64,000 bases of DNA. It comes from Azolla caroliniana (lineage: Eukaryota > Plantae > Polypodiophyta). Of this stretch, positions 14,141-26,786 are shown in pieces (the first letter of the stretch is position 1; the number at the start of each line of letters is the position of its first letter). The stretch is from contig JBHGNT010000020.1 of NCBI GenBank assembly GCA_043228905.1, positions 8,060,001 through 8,124,000 on the forward strand, given 5' to 3'. The notes under the pieces were generated by a model. It was not told where the DNA came from. It did no database searches and saw only the letters and a list, made by a program, of their open reading frames with translations. The position numbers were made by a program, and so were the translations under genes.

Positions 14141-14469
14141 AGCCACACACTTTCCTCCAAGTTTTGTTAGTTTATGCTCAATAGCAGCAGAGGATTTGTG
14201 CAATGGTTTTTCAGATTCTGTTTATGAGGCGGAAGTGTTTGCATTGACTGTACTACAAAACATTGATATTTGAATGCGACTACAATCATTTTTCTATGAT
14301 GTTTCCTTTCCTGTGGTCATTTGTTTCAGAGACAAGTGTGAATGTCCTTGTTAGTAGTGGGGATCGAAATAGATTTTCAGTTCTTTACAATGATGTTTTT
14401 AGGTTGCATATCTCATCATGACATGGTTTTAATGGTTTATTGAATTGACTATTCAGTTTGATAGTAGGC

Positions 14470-15130
14470 CCATCCAACTTTCCTACGTCTTTTAAACTTA
14501 GCGACAGAAGTAACCTATATTGTTAAATGGTGTGGGGAGATTCTAATCCAAGATGTATGTTGCAATCATGTATGCTAGCTTTTCTGTTCATGTCTGCCAC
14601 TCTTTATATCTATCCTTGAAATGTTTACATACATCAGAAGAACGTGATTGTTCAGATGCTGCAAATTCCATGAAATCATTTGATCTCATCCATCATGACT
14701 CCCATCTCTGACTAGGGGAAGTTGTCACTGCAAACGTACATTGGAAATCCCTCAAAAAAGCTGCAATCTTTTGTGATAATTGCCCGTGCCATTGCTAATA
14801 TGCATTGGAAATTTCTTGAAAGAACTGTATTCTTTTCTGGTACATGTTTTAACCATGCTTCCCTGGCCAATTCAAATGATATGCCTGGTATGCCAAATAT
14901 GCTGATAAGTGGTTGGTAGTTCATCTCTTCAAACTCAGACATTAATGTTGGTTGATTATCTCTAAACAGGAATTCTCATAGTAAAAGCTCTATAGATGGT
15001 TCAATCTTAACAAAATAAAACTTTTTGCTCTCTTCCAATCACATTGATTGAGATGAGGTCCTTGTTGATTGTACTGCAATGAATTTGTTGTTGATGCCTT
15101 GTATTCTTCATCTTTTGCTTCTTCCATGTG
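14470..15130 (-). pseudogene. Decayed ORF remnant, possibly a retrotransposon accessory ORF
   Basis: Protein-like ORF 14712-14942 continues across stops on both sides; no firm family assignment. Confidence 0.25.
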
Positions 15131-16603
15131 TAAAACAAGGAATATTCACCTTGTAGTAGGCTATATTGCACACTTTACATGTTATTGTACTCGATGTATT
15201 TTGATCTCATTAATTGGTTCTAGAAATCCTCATTGGAATGCTGCCAAACACGTTTGCCCTAGTTCAAGACCCCAATGGTCCTAGTCTTATCTTTCGCACT
15301 CTTCTCGTAGATTCTCGTGACATCTTTGGTAACCTTAATGAGAAAGAGCATAAGAGGAAGATTGGAGGGTTGGCTCTTGGAAACATTCATTAAGAATGCC
15401 ACAAAACTTGTCTACCATAGTTTACAACCTCAATGGGCCTCACGTCTTTCACGTCTTTCTCACGGATTGTCACAACATCTTTAGTGAACTAGATGAGAAA
15501 GAGTGATAGAAGAAGATTGTAGGAGCGTTGAATGTAGAGAGCGAATGGAATTGACGATGACGGACCATGTATTTTGAGAAAAGGATAACATAACTCTTGA
15601 ATCTCCACTCGTTACAATGTTCTTTTCTTTGTTATGGTGTTTTGCTATATTCTCTTCTACAACATTTTGCTATGTGCTCTGCTACAACTTTTTGCTATGT
15701 GCTTCGTTAAAGCATTCTAATACAAGCTCTACTGCAATTTTCTCTACTCTCGATTTAGTTTGATTTAGTTCCCTTGGTTTGAAATGTGCTATGGTCCTAT
15801 TATTGGTCTAATGTGCTCACTATGATCTACAATATGCTCTATTGGTGTCCATTCTATTCTTGTACATGCTGTGCTCATGCCCATTCTATTCTACAATGCG
15901 TGTTGCCTTTTATTGTATTGGTCTGCAACTTTCTTGGTTTTAGCATGTCTTCTTTTGGTTTACTCTCCTTGTACCCAAGCTTATGTATATTTTCTTATTG
16001 TTTCTATTATTTTTGTGTTTGTGCCTGATATATATACACGTATATACACACTACAAGAACATTTTGAATTTGTATTTCTTGATTTGCAAGTGGTTTTTGG
16101 TTTGGTATACTTCTCTGTTCCCACTAAACCTAGTCTTCTTTTGGTTTTCTCTCTGTCTCCAACATTTTTTTTGTATTTGTTAATGCCTATTTGGGTCCAT
16201 TTTCTACTATTTGTATGTGTTTTTGTGTCTATGTATATGAGAGATAGATAGATGGATTATATTATCGTCTTCGGAGGTCAAATATGACCTATGAGACCAA
16301 AAATATTACATTTCACGTGATGTGTGAAAGTGAGTAGTGACTCTCGATATTCAAGAACTTTACCAATGAATGTTGCAATCGAGAGTGCACATTGTGGTTG
16401 TGAGAGGAATTCATGGAAGGATTGGGCTCGGTCGAAGAGATGTGGAAACCATGGTCGAATATGATCAAAGGTAGATCATTGTATCAAAGTGTGATACTCA
16501 GACTCACGAACTTGTTTAGGGCAAAGTGTGCATAGCCGACCACTCTCATCACTTGTGCCCCAACGCCCTGTCTCACATCACAATGCATGTGAGCTAAGTG
16601 TGC

Positions 16604-16605
<2 letters not shown>

Positions 16606-16657
<52 letters not shown>
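16606..16657. repeat. (GA)n microsatellite
   Basis: Perfect GA run. Confidence 0.95.
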
Positions 16658-16660
<3 letters not shown>

Positions 16661-17341
16661 GCAAAGTTGGGAGATGTTGGAGAAGGAAAAACACTAATTT
16701 TGATGTATCTTCTTGCTATGGTGTCCATTTCCTTTGTTATTTAGCTCGTTTCAAAGCCTGCACATAGAGCTCTCTAAAGAGTATTTGCACGTATCATTTG
16801 GTGGTCTTGGTAGAACGTTACGAGTAAAAATTCCATTCAGTTGCATGCTTCTCATGGTCGCTTGCTTTGATTCCTTCTTCAACACAATTACTTGTAAGTG
16901 AGCTCTCTCCTATTTCTTATCATATGGATGGTAGTGTTTTCATGAATATGGATGAGTCTCCAAATTCTTCAAAGGATGCATGCATGGTTGAGTCAGTATT
17001 AAGCCCAAGAGGGGATGGTAAAAGAAAATGATGTATTGGAGATAATAGTCATTGGGAACATTTAAGATTCATGGCAAATATATTAATGGAAGATTGTATA
17101 AGGGAGAATGTGAAAGTTGCTAAGGAGTTTGTTGACGATGAAGTGGCTAAGGTAGAAATAGACAATAAGGAGTATTTGGGCTTATTTGCTAATTTTTGTG
17201 ATAAAGGGGTCATATTGTTTTTCACGGGGAAGATACCTTTCCTTTGGAGGGTCAAACAATGGTTATGTGGGATTTTACAAGCTGATTGTGTTCAGGATGT
17301 TTATGCTAGTCCTCGTGGATTTTATGAGGTTGTTTTGGTAT

Positions 17342-18704
17342 TGTGGTGGTCACATGGACCACACCTAGATTAGGCCCCTACCAAGCCCCATGCACCACAC
17401 ATAGACCACACCCAAATTAGGCCCCTACCAAGCCTCATGCACCACACCCAAACTAGGCCCCCACCAAGCCCCATAATTAGTAGAGCTAATTGGAGCGGGA
17501 GAACACCCTCCACGCTAAGAGAGAGTCTATAAAATGTAACTTGAGACATAATGAAAAAGGAGGCTATTCTTGAGAGCATTTCACATCTTGAGCATTTCAC
17601 ATCTTGGTGGAGAAGACGGGCCAAGCCACCCCAACTCACGACCCCAACAACGCCCGCCACGATGCAACACGACAACAACGATGGCAACACAAACTCGATG
17701 AATCCGGAATTCCTACAACACAATCAAGGACACCAGCCCACATCGCCAATCGACCAACTGGTTCAAGCTCTGTCCAACATCATTTTACAAGTTAACCATA
17801 CTAACCAAGCCATGTTGTCCTTTCTCTCAGCCTACATCGATCCGCTGCACTCAACCTGGGACCGAATCTTGCCCTTCGTTACGCATGCCTACAACACAAC
17901 TGTGCAAGCTTCTACCCGCATTAGCCCATTTCGGGCCCTTTACGGAAGGGACCCGCGCTTACCCCCAGAAGTGGCAGTCCCGCAACCAACCACACGACTC
18001 CACGCTGACGCAGTGTCTTGGTGGTCCCACCTACAACAACTCCAACCCCTCCTCCGCAAAGCCATCACGAGCAACCTGCACCAGGCACAACTACGCCAAA
18101 AACGACAACACGATATAGGCCGTGTCGACCATCAATACCACGTCGGTGACAAAGTCCTCGTCTACTTCCCCATCCGTCGTCGCGGTCTCAGCGAATCGCT
18201 CATGCACCGATGGATCGGTCCCTTCGAAGTTCAAAAGCAGATACGCGACACTACATACCTGCTCCGCCGCGCCTCCAACAACCGCTCTACCTTTGCTCAC
18301 CAGTCTCGCATGAAGCCCTTCCATCAACTACCACCGCCCCCGCCCACACTCATGCCTACGCCCACGCTCGTGTCATCCCCCCGTCTGGAACCGTCGTCCA
18401 CGCCTCGTCGCGCTTCGACTGCACAATAACTTTTTTTTTTTTTTTTTTACAAGGGGGAATTGTGGTGGTCACATGGACCACACCTAGATTAGGCCCCTAC
18501 CAAGCCCCATGCACCACACATAGACCACACCCAAATTAGGCCCCTACCAAGCCTCATGCACCACACCCAAACTAGGCCCCCACCAAGCCCCATAATTAGT
18601 AGAGCTAATTGGAGTGGGAGAACACCCTCCACTCTAAGAGAGAGTCTATAAAATGTAACTTGAGACATAATGAAAAAGGAGGCTATTCTTGAGAGCATTT
18701 CACA
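17342..18704 (+). mobile_element. Internally deleted mini Ty3/Gypsy element (TRIM-like, 1363 bp)
   Basis: 244-bp LTRs 17342-17585 and 18461-18704 (TGTG...CACA, 2 differences); 4-bp TSD GTAT; PBS TGGTGGAGAA at 17605; T18 tract plus PPT AAGGGGGAAT before the 3' LTR. Confidence 0.95.
17551..18429 (+). CDS. Uninterrupted ORF of the mini-Gypsy: short putative gag N-terminus fused to integrase C-terminal half
   Basis: W..ILPFVTHAYNTT...SPF..LYGR.PRLP, VGDKVLV and WIGPF (GPY/F module); start codon uncertain (17551, 17662 or 17698). Confidence 0.7.
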   Translation: MKKEAILESISHLEHFTSWWRRRAKPPQLTTPTTPATMQHDNNDGNTNSMNPEFLQHNQGHQPTSPIDQLVQALSNIILQVNHTNQAMLSFLSAYIDPLHSTWDRILPFVTHAYNTTVQASTRISPFRALYGRDPRLPPEVAVPQPTTRLHADAVSWWSHLQQLQPLLRKAITSNLHQAQLRQKRQHDIGRVDHQYHVGDKVLVYFPIRRRGLSESLMHRWIGPFEVQKQIRDTTYLLRRASNNRSTFAHQSRMKPFHQLPPPPPTLMPTPTLVSSPRLEPSSTPRRASTAQ

Positions 18705-19585
18705 GTATCACAAGAGTATAAAGAGAAATTACTCAATAAATTGCTAGTTTTTTATGAGAAAAGTTTGGTTCATATTGTTCCGTGGAGGTCACTAGTAGAA
18801 TACCAAGATATATTAAAGCAAGAGTGTCCCGTATGGGTTAAGGTAGAGTGCACATATTCAATGGTTTGGCCAATATTACGGTCAACGATGGAAAAGTTGG
18901 GAAAGATCTTGGTGCCTCCTAGTGCTAATGCTCAAAATCGATATCGGATGTGTATTCTTTGGAATACTGCTATAAAGAGGCCAAGTTGTTTACAAATTGC
19001 ATGCTTTGGTATGCCACCTATGTATTTTCGGCTTAAATGGGGTACATTTGCAGGACATTGTTTCCATTGTGGTGTGTTGGGGCATTTTATGGCTGACTAT
19101 CCTCAAAAAAGAAATAATGTAGTGGAAGTGGTACATGAAGAGCCTACAACTCATGATCAAATTCAAGCTTTGACAATTTCTGAGCAAACAAAGGAACCAC
19201 AAATTGTGAATGAGAAGGATGGAAAGACTCTAGATGATGAAGGACAATGGTCAATAGTTTCTGGAAAGATGAAGAAGTCTAATAAAAATGTTGGGCATAA
19301 TGTATCTATGGAGAAGGTCACACCGACAAATCCCATGCGGAATTAACCATGGGCTCATCAAGAGGACTATCCAAAGAAATTATCTTTTGATAATAAAGGT
19401 AATTTGTATGTTCCTTGGAATAAACAGAAATCGGTGCCTCGTTCACATGAGGAGCCATCGGGGTCTGGAGTTTTGCATTCCCATAGTTATTCATATGCAA
19501 TCTTAGGGGATTTATTTTAGGATATGGCAGAAACATTAGCAGTGAAAGAGAAGGAGATTTCTCGAATAAAAGGAAAAAATAAAGT

Positions 19586-21796
19586 ATGAAGATCACCACA
19601 TGGAATGTGAGGGGATTGTGTTCTAGATTTAGAATGCATGAGGTTTGGAGGGTTGTGTTAAGTGAGCAATGGGATGTTTTATGTGTAGTAGAGCGTAAAG
19701 ATCATCGTAATGCTGGTTTAATTAGTTATTCTAAGGGTTATACATTATGTTATGCTGGCAAGGTTCATGGGGATTATTCTGGGATTGTCATATTTATAAG
19801 AGATAAATTTCACCAAGAAGTAATTGTTTCAGATGAATTTGGAAGATTTATTGTGGTAGAGATATGTTATGAAGGGCATGCTCTTTGGTTAGTTGGTGTG
19901 TATGCATCAAATGTTTCACAAGAACGAAAGTTGTTATGGAGATCTCCAAACTCAGTGCTTGATAATGGTAGACCGGGTTTATTGATGGGAGATTTTAATG
20001 TTTGTTGTGAGATAGATCAATCAACATCTATCGACTCTATTATGGATGGACCAGAGGCTCAAGAATGGGGAGATTTTGAGACTCAATTCATGTTAAGGGA
20101 TGTATGGAAATGGATCAAGGGAGATGAACTTGGTTATATCTTTCAATTGGCTCAATATAAGGATACTTGGAGTAGGTTGGATTGAATGTATGTAATGCAT
20201 ACCAAAGGTTTTTTACCAGAGATTTTGGATATTTCAGTGTCTTATGGGTCAATTATATTAGATCATTTCCCATTAATTTTTGAGTTCAATCACCACTCAA
20301 TTAGAGGTTTTCATGAGTTTTTAGGAAAACCAATGTTGATTTTTAATTCATCATTTTTGGATCATGAGGTCTTCCATGCCTATATGTGTCAATTGATTGA
20401 TGTATTTGCCTATCGTGTTCAATTTGATGGGTATGAAGTGTGGGAAGTATTTGTTGCAAATGTTCAGAGGTTAACTAGATATTATAGAATTCACCATGCT
20501 TTTAAAAGGAGAAAGAAATTAAGTCTCCTAGTTAATTTGCTTGATAAATGCAACTCATTGTTAACTTATTGGCCAACGGATGTAGAGTTGATGGGATATC
20601 AAGAGGTATTAATTTCTACGATGCATGATCTAATGATAAAAAATTATCAACATGCTAGACTGCATCGTCTAAGACAAGAAGTGGATGATGTTAATTGTCA
20701 ATCACATAAGTTTTTTCATGACCTTCATGAATCACATGCACGACATAATGTGGTAAGGTTAGAGGAAAATGGTATCATGTGTTCCGATCCTCAAGAAATT
20801 GTGAAGAAATGCATAGAATATTATACACAATTGTTGGATGTACAAATGTGTATTGATGATAATGTTAAAAAGGATAGATATGTATTTTTTAATGGAGTGA
20901 AAAATCATGTATCGCATGATGTGGCACAATCATTAGATGCTAATATTTCAAAGGATGAGGTGGAACATGTCATGTCACATCTTGCTAATGATAAGAGTTC
21001 TGGGTGGGATGGATTAACACATGAACTCTTTAAGAAATATGTGATTAAGTTAAAGGGGCCTTTTACGGTTTTATTTCAGAAGGTGTGGACATAAGGGGAA
21101 ATGCCTCATTCTTGGAAGATTGGTTTGATCAAGTTTTGCCGAAGGTGCCTTCTCCATCTTCCTTTGCTCAATGGAGGCCTATTTCATTGATGGGGGGAAT
21201 GTACAAGCTTTTTGCAAAAGTGATGGCCAATAGGTTGCATAAGGTTTTACTTTCTATTATTCATAATGCTTAATATGGGTTTTTAGCAAAAAGAGACATT
21301 TTACATAATATTTTAAATGTTCAACTGGCAATTGACTATGCAAAGGAGGCTAAACAAGAATTAGAGTTGCTACAATTGGATATTGAGAAGGCCTATGATA
21401 ATGTGGATTGGTCATTTATAAATCAATTGATGTCTCATATGGGTTTTGGTGATTGTATCTCTAAGTTGATATACACATTAGGGGAGGGTTCAGTTTCACA
21501 TGTGATGTTTAATAGAGGAGTAACTGACAGGAACTACACGCTCCGATGAACAACGCTTGGCCACAACCGAGTCTAAAATCAAACACAGAAAATGGATAAT
21601 GAACGCACGACACAAAGGAGAGAAGAGTACACAGGATGTTTAATGTGGAAAACCCTGAGAGGGAAAAACCATGGGAGTCCACAGACTCCAAACTATCACT
21701 ATATCACAATGATTACAACAGTGAGCTCATGGAGGCAACGACCTCGTGCTCACGATCTTCGCAACAGGTGGCAGTTACAACAGAGGCAACGACCTC

Positions 21797-21852
<56 letters not shown>

Positions 21853-23051
21853 CACTGTTACGTGCTCTCTGATCTAGCGCCGACAAGAATGACAACAACT
21901 ACTAAGAGTTTGCCCTAAGTCATATTTATACTAATATGACTTTTCGGCTATTTACAAATATAGCCCCGATGAACTCTCAGAAAACATATTTACGAATATG
22001 TCCCTTCATCCGGTGAGCACTCCTCACCGGGCCTGCATCATCCGGCGCTTGCAGGGTACTCGTCATCCGGTTCTCACCGAGTCTTCCGTAGCCGGGTACT
22101 CGTCATCCGGTTCTCACCGGGTCTTCCGTAGCTGGGTACTCTTCATCCGGTTCTCACCGGTTCTGCACCATCCGGCTCATGCCGGGTACTCCACATCCGG
22201 TTTCGGCCTCAGCCGAGTTTGCTCATCATTACTGTTCTTCTCACTTCCCATCCGGAGGGACCTGTTTCCTAATAGTAACACAATCGATTTCTATTCGGAG
22301 GTCAGTTAGACAAGGATGCCCGGTAAGTCCTTTACTATTCACTATTGTGACACATCCTATTCTTGTTAAGTTACACAATATGGCTATGGAGGAAGAATTG
22401 CATGGACTAAGGTTGCCATCAAGGAAGCCATGTATTGTTCAAGCTCTTGCAGATGACCATATTATGTTTTTGGCACCTAATTGGGAAATATTAGTAAGAC
22501 GAGATGTGTGGGAATTGTTTTCAAATGCTTTAGGGTTGAGAATTAATATACATAAATATGTCCTCATCTCATGTACAGAACAAGATGTGTTAGGGTTGGG
22601 GTGGTCAGGAAGGATAGTACATCATGGTATGATTTGTCGTCACCTTGGATATCCAATTGGGGTGGAAGTTTCTCATGTGAAACTTATTGAGTGGGTATCC
22701 TAAAGGTTGGAGGATAAGTTTATGTATTGGAGGTCTCAATTTTGGCCTTTTCATGTATGACTTAAGGTGGTCCAATCGATTATGGTCTCTATGGTATCTT
22801 ATTATCTTCCTTTGATCCCATGGTCAAAGAAAGCTCTTGAAATGTTGTCACGCTCGATGCAAATATTGTTATGGAAAATAAAAGGGAAAAGTTCCTTGTC
22901 ATGGGATCACGTTTGTACTCCGAATCGTCTTGGTGGGGCATCAATATTGAATCTAGATGAGCATATGGCAGCTTGTCGATTTACTTTTATTCGATTCATC
23001 TTTGAAGGTGTACAACCTTGGACAGAAATGGTGGCATACTTTATAGAGAAG
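19586..23051 (+). pseudogene. LINE ORF2 (APE endonuclease + reverse transcriptase), continues at 40876-41880
   Basis: TWNVRGL, MGDFN, SRLD, DHFP, WRPISL, LDIEKAYD, SVRQGCP.SPLLF, ADD, HLGYPIG; multiple stops. Confidence 0.92.
21525..22274 (-). mobile_element. Solo LTR (750 bp), Tnt1-like Copia family, in LINE RT
   Basis: TGACAGG...CCTAATA (CA>TA); TSD GTAAC at 21520-21524 and 22275-22279; removal restores FNRGV-TQSISIRRSVRQG. Confidence 0.92.
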
Positions 23052-23074
23052 AACGAAATAAAGCTTAGACACAT

Positions 23075-23129
23075 GGACTCGAACCCATGACCTTATGTTA
23101 CATGGCTCGAGCTCTTGACCATTAGACTA
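23075..23129 (-). promoter_or_regulatory. tRNA-like Pol III A-box/B-box cassette inside the Tcn1-like LTR
   Basis: Minus strand TAGTCTAATGG...AGGTCATGGGTTCGAGTCC; T8 to T54 distance is 46 nt, as in canonical tRNA. Confidence 0.7.
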
Positions 23130-23276
23130 TATGTTGTAATACGAAAGATATTCTTTTCATTTAGATTTTACTATAGAAAATTGATGTATATTCCAGATTT
23201 CTCTGGAACATTCTAGAAACTTCAAGAGCACTCCTGAGAACACTATAAAAGGAGGCACAAGGCATTATTTCAAACC

Positions 23277-23515
23277 AAATCGGTTCAACACCAGTCTTAA
23301 GCCTCCTAGCTACTATTGTATATTCCCTTAACATAATATATATCTTTTGTTATCCTCATTCTCTCTCTCTCTCTCTCTCTCTCCTTCTCTCGAGAGTTCT
23401 ACACCTCCTTTAGTACTAATCCTCATCTTTTAGTACTAATTCCTTCTCTGTTTTAGTACTGTTCTTGACAATACTTCTCTGTCTTAGTACTGCTCCTGAC
23501 AGTTTGAACCGATTT
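23277..23515 (+). other. Putative self-priming pair (transcript 5' end / PBS)
   Basis: AAATCGGTTCAA (23277-23288, 33 nt after TATA at 23244) is the exact reverse complement of TTGAACCGATTT (23504-23515), just after the LTR. Confidence 0.8.
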
Positions 23516-26500
23516 CTCTCTCCTTCTCTTCCTTTATCTTCTTACTTCACCCTCCCTTCATACTAATCTCTTATTCCTCTTTTCTCTCATACTATGGCCA
23601 TTGTTAGTGCTCAAAAATATCAATCCGTTTTCTCAGAGCTGCAATGCTTGAAAGAGAAGTTCCTTGCTTTGGAACAAGAAAATCAACGGTTGTTGGGGGA
23701 TCTTCAACAAATCTCCTTAGAAAAGTAGTTGATGCAACAACAACATGGGGAACTAGTGGTATGCGTGCAACAACTCAAAGTAACCTGAGTAGCGATGCAA
23801 CAACAAGGACCCAGTACGCAAGGGATTCATAAAGAACCCAAGATTGGCCTTCCCATGAAATTCGATGGAACGTGATCGCAGTTTAGAGGATTCCTTAATC
23901 AGGTACGATATTCCATTAATGCATCACGAGTGGGACTAGTAGGCACTCTACTTAGTGGCACGACTTTGGCATGGTTCGCCCCCCTGTTAGAAAAAAGCTC
24001 TCCCTTGTTAAATAATTTCGAAGAGTTTATTACCGAGTTTAAAGCTTGTTTTGGAGATACTGACATTGTTAAAACAACAATCAACAAAATCCGAAGATTA
24101 TGCCAAGGTGAGCGGCCGGCCTCGACTTATGCTGCGGATTTCCGTCTTCTCGCCACCAATATTCCCTGGGATGACTAGGCACTAATGGAGCAATTTAGTT
24201 TTGGCCTATGTAATGATGTTAAAGATTTACTCTTAACTTTCCCGGAGGAGCCAAAGTCAATGATAGAAGCAATCAGTCGTGCGATGCGATGTGATAATCA
24301 CCTCTTCGAATGATGTTCGGAACGTCAGTTCCAAATGCCACAGACAAGATTGGAGCCCACCTACACTTCAATCGTCACAAAGCCTTTCCCAAGGGAGTCA
24401 TTCAATACGTCTCCAACAAATACTCCGACTCCAATGGAAATCAACAACACACATCGCCGCGGACCACTATTGGAAGAAGAAAAGCAGCGATGCAGGGCAA
24501 ATCGATTATGTCTTTATTGTGGTGGACAGGGGCATATTGCAGTGAACTACCCCCATCGGCCGAAAAGGTAGGTAAATCAAATAACCGCTAGTACTAATAG
24601 TACTAAACCCGAGTCTATTCCTCTAGGTGTGTCTGATAGTCCTAATAGCCCAAGCCTTACAAACAAATTTGAAATCCTTAGTCAAGTAGAAGAAGAGTTA
24701 AACGATTAAGTCCAACCAAAATAGGAGCCATTTGGTTGGACAACCCTAGATCTGTGCAGCCCATTAGTGGTCCCATTTCCTCTAAGCAAGTTAGCAATGT
24801 GTTCTTAGCTCAAGTAATGGTTAGTACTAAAAGTACTCCTCCAGTACATGTCTTAGCACTCTTAGATTCCGGAGCAAACTCTTGCTTCATGGATAGGAAT
24901 TTTGCCCAAGCTCATCAGATATCCCTAAAGAAACTCCCATGTCCAGCCTCTGTTGTAGTCATTGATGGTCGTCCCATTGCTTCTGGGAATATTATAGAAG
25001 AGTTAGAACCCGTTAATATTGTCCTAGATAACTTAGCGTGTGTAGTATCATTTAATATAATTAGTATCCCAGAACATCCCATTGTTTTGGGATTACCATG
25101 GTTGGAATTACATAACCTAACCATAGATCAGAGAACAAGAGAAATACGGTGTTGACAAACCCGAGGATCTACTCATAAGATTGCAACCATTTCGCTACAT
25201 CAGTTGCGGGAGGAAGGACGCAAGGAAGAAATGTTTCTCTTCACAATATCAGTAAACCCCTCTAGTATCAATAAAGAGGAGTCCACCGTTCAACTTCTAG
25301 ATAAGTATCATCATTATGCCGATGTGTTCGATAAAGTACGAGCTAATACGCTTCCTCACCATCGACCGTATGATTGCCCCATCGATTTACAACTGGGAAA
25401 AGAGCCACCGTGGGGACCGATCTACAATTTTTCACTAACCAAGCTAGAAGTCCTTTGAGCATATATAGAGGAGAATTGGGCAAGTGGTTTCATTCAACAT
25501 TCGAAATCTCTAGCCGGCGCACCCATTTTCTTCGTCAAGAAAAAGGATGGATCACTTCGTCTCATCGTAGATTACCGTGGGTTGAATAAAGTCACCATTA
25601 GGAACAAGTATGCACTTCCTCTTATCTCAAGTCTTTTAGAACGGATCAATGGTGCAAGGTTCTTCACAAAGATCGACTTACGAGGAGCGTATAACCTCGT
25701 ACGGATCCGACTAGGAGATGAATGGAAGACTGCGTTTCGCACCAGATATGGGCACTTGGAGTATATGGTCATGCCATTCGACCTCACTAATGCGCCAACA
25801 GTCTTCCAACACATGGCAAATGATATATTCCGAGATCTCTTGGATGATTTTTTGATCATCTATTTGGATGATCTACTGGTTTATTCGAAGACCCAAGAAG
25901 AGCATGATTCTCCCGTACTGTTAATACTAAAACGACTTTGAGAACATGGTCTTTATGCAAAACTAGAAAAATGTAGTTTCGGGTGCAACCAGGTAGAATT
26001 TTTGGGCTATGTCATTTCCTCGGAAGGCATCTCCATGGATCCAGCTAAGGTCAAAACGGTGGTAGAGTGGCAAACTCTGTGTTCGTTGTGAGATGTGCAA
26101 TGATTTTTAGGGTTTGCCAATTTTTACCGCAAGTTCATACATGATTACTCACAACTTGTTCTGCCTCTCACCCAACTTACCAGGAAGGGAAAATCGTTCG
26201 TTTGGTCTGAAGAAGCGAACATTGCTTTTGAGAGTCTTAAGAATGCATTTACATCAGCTCCTATTTTAGCTCATGTCGATCCAGAAAAACCATTCATCAT
26301 TGAAGCAGACGCATCGGATTTCGCCTTGGGTAGCATTCTGTCTTAGCAAGGCAATGATGAAAAGCTACATCCTATGGCTTTCCATTCATGCAAGTTTGAC
26401 GGCGTGGAGATCAACTATGAAATTCATGATAAGGATCTATTAGCAATAGTGGACTCTTTTACGCAATGGAGGCATTTTCTAGAGGGGTCTTCTCATCAAG

Positions 26501-26786
26501 TCATCGTATTCAGTGATCACAAAAACCTTGCCTACTTTCAGAATGCTCGTGTGATAAATTTACATCAAGCTCGGTGGGCCTAATTCCTCTCTCGTTTTGA
26601 CTTCAAAATTACATATCGTCCGGGGAAGCAATAAGGGAAGGTATATGCATTATCACGGTGTTCGTATCTAGCACCGCGTCTCGGCGAGCCGATTTTCGAT
26701 AACCAAAAGCAAGTAATCATGGGACCGACACGACTGCAAGCAACATAGGTCTTCCGTATGCCCTTGGATTCCCACGTTGTCGACAC

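Larger units (their letters stand above)
16924..19346 (+). pseudogene. LINE ORF1 (gag-like, CCHC knuckle), interrupted at 17342-18704
   Basis: Removing the insert plus one GTAT restores the frame GFYEVVLV-SQEYKEKLLNKLLVFYEKSLVHIVPW; knuckle CFHCGVLGH. Confidence 0.85.

Noticed and set aside
15786-16251. Hydrophobic ORFs resembling membrane or env proteins
   Set aside because: T-rich low-complexity sequence gives such ORFs in all three frames; no motifs
23075-23129. Functional tRNA gene
   Set aside because: A/B boxes are present but there is no acceptor stem or consistent anticodon arm; reported as a tRNA-like cassette instead
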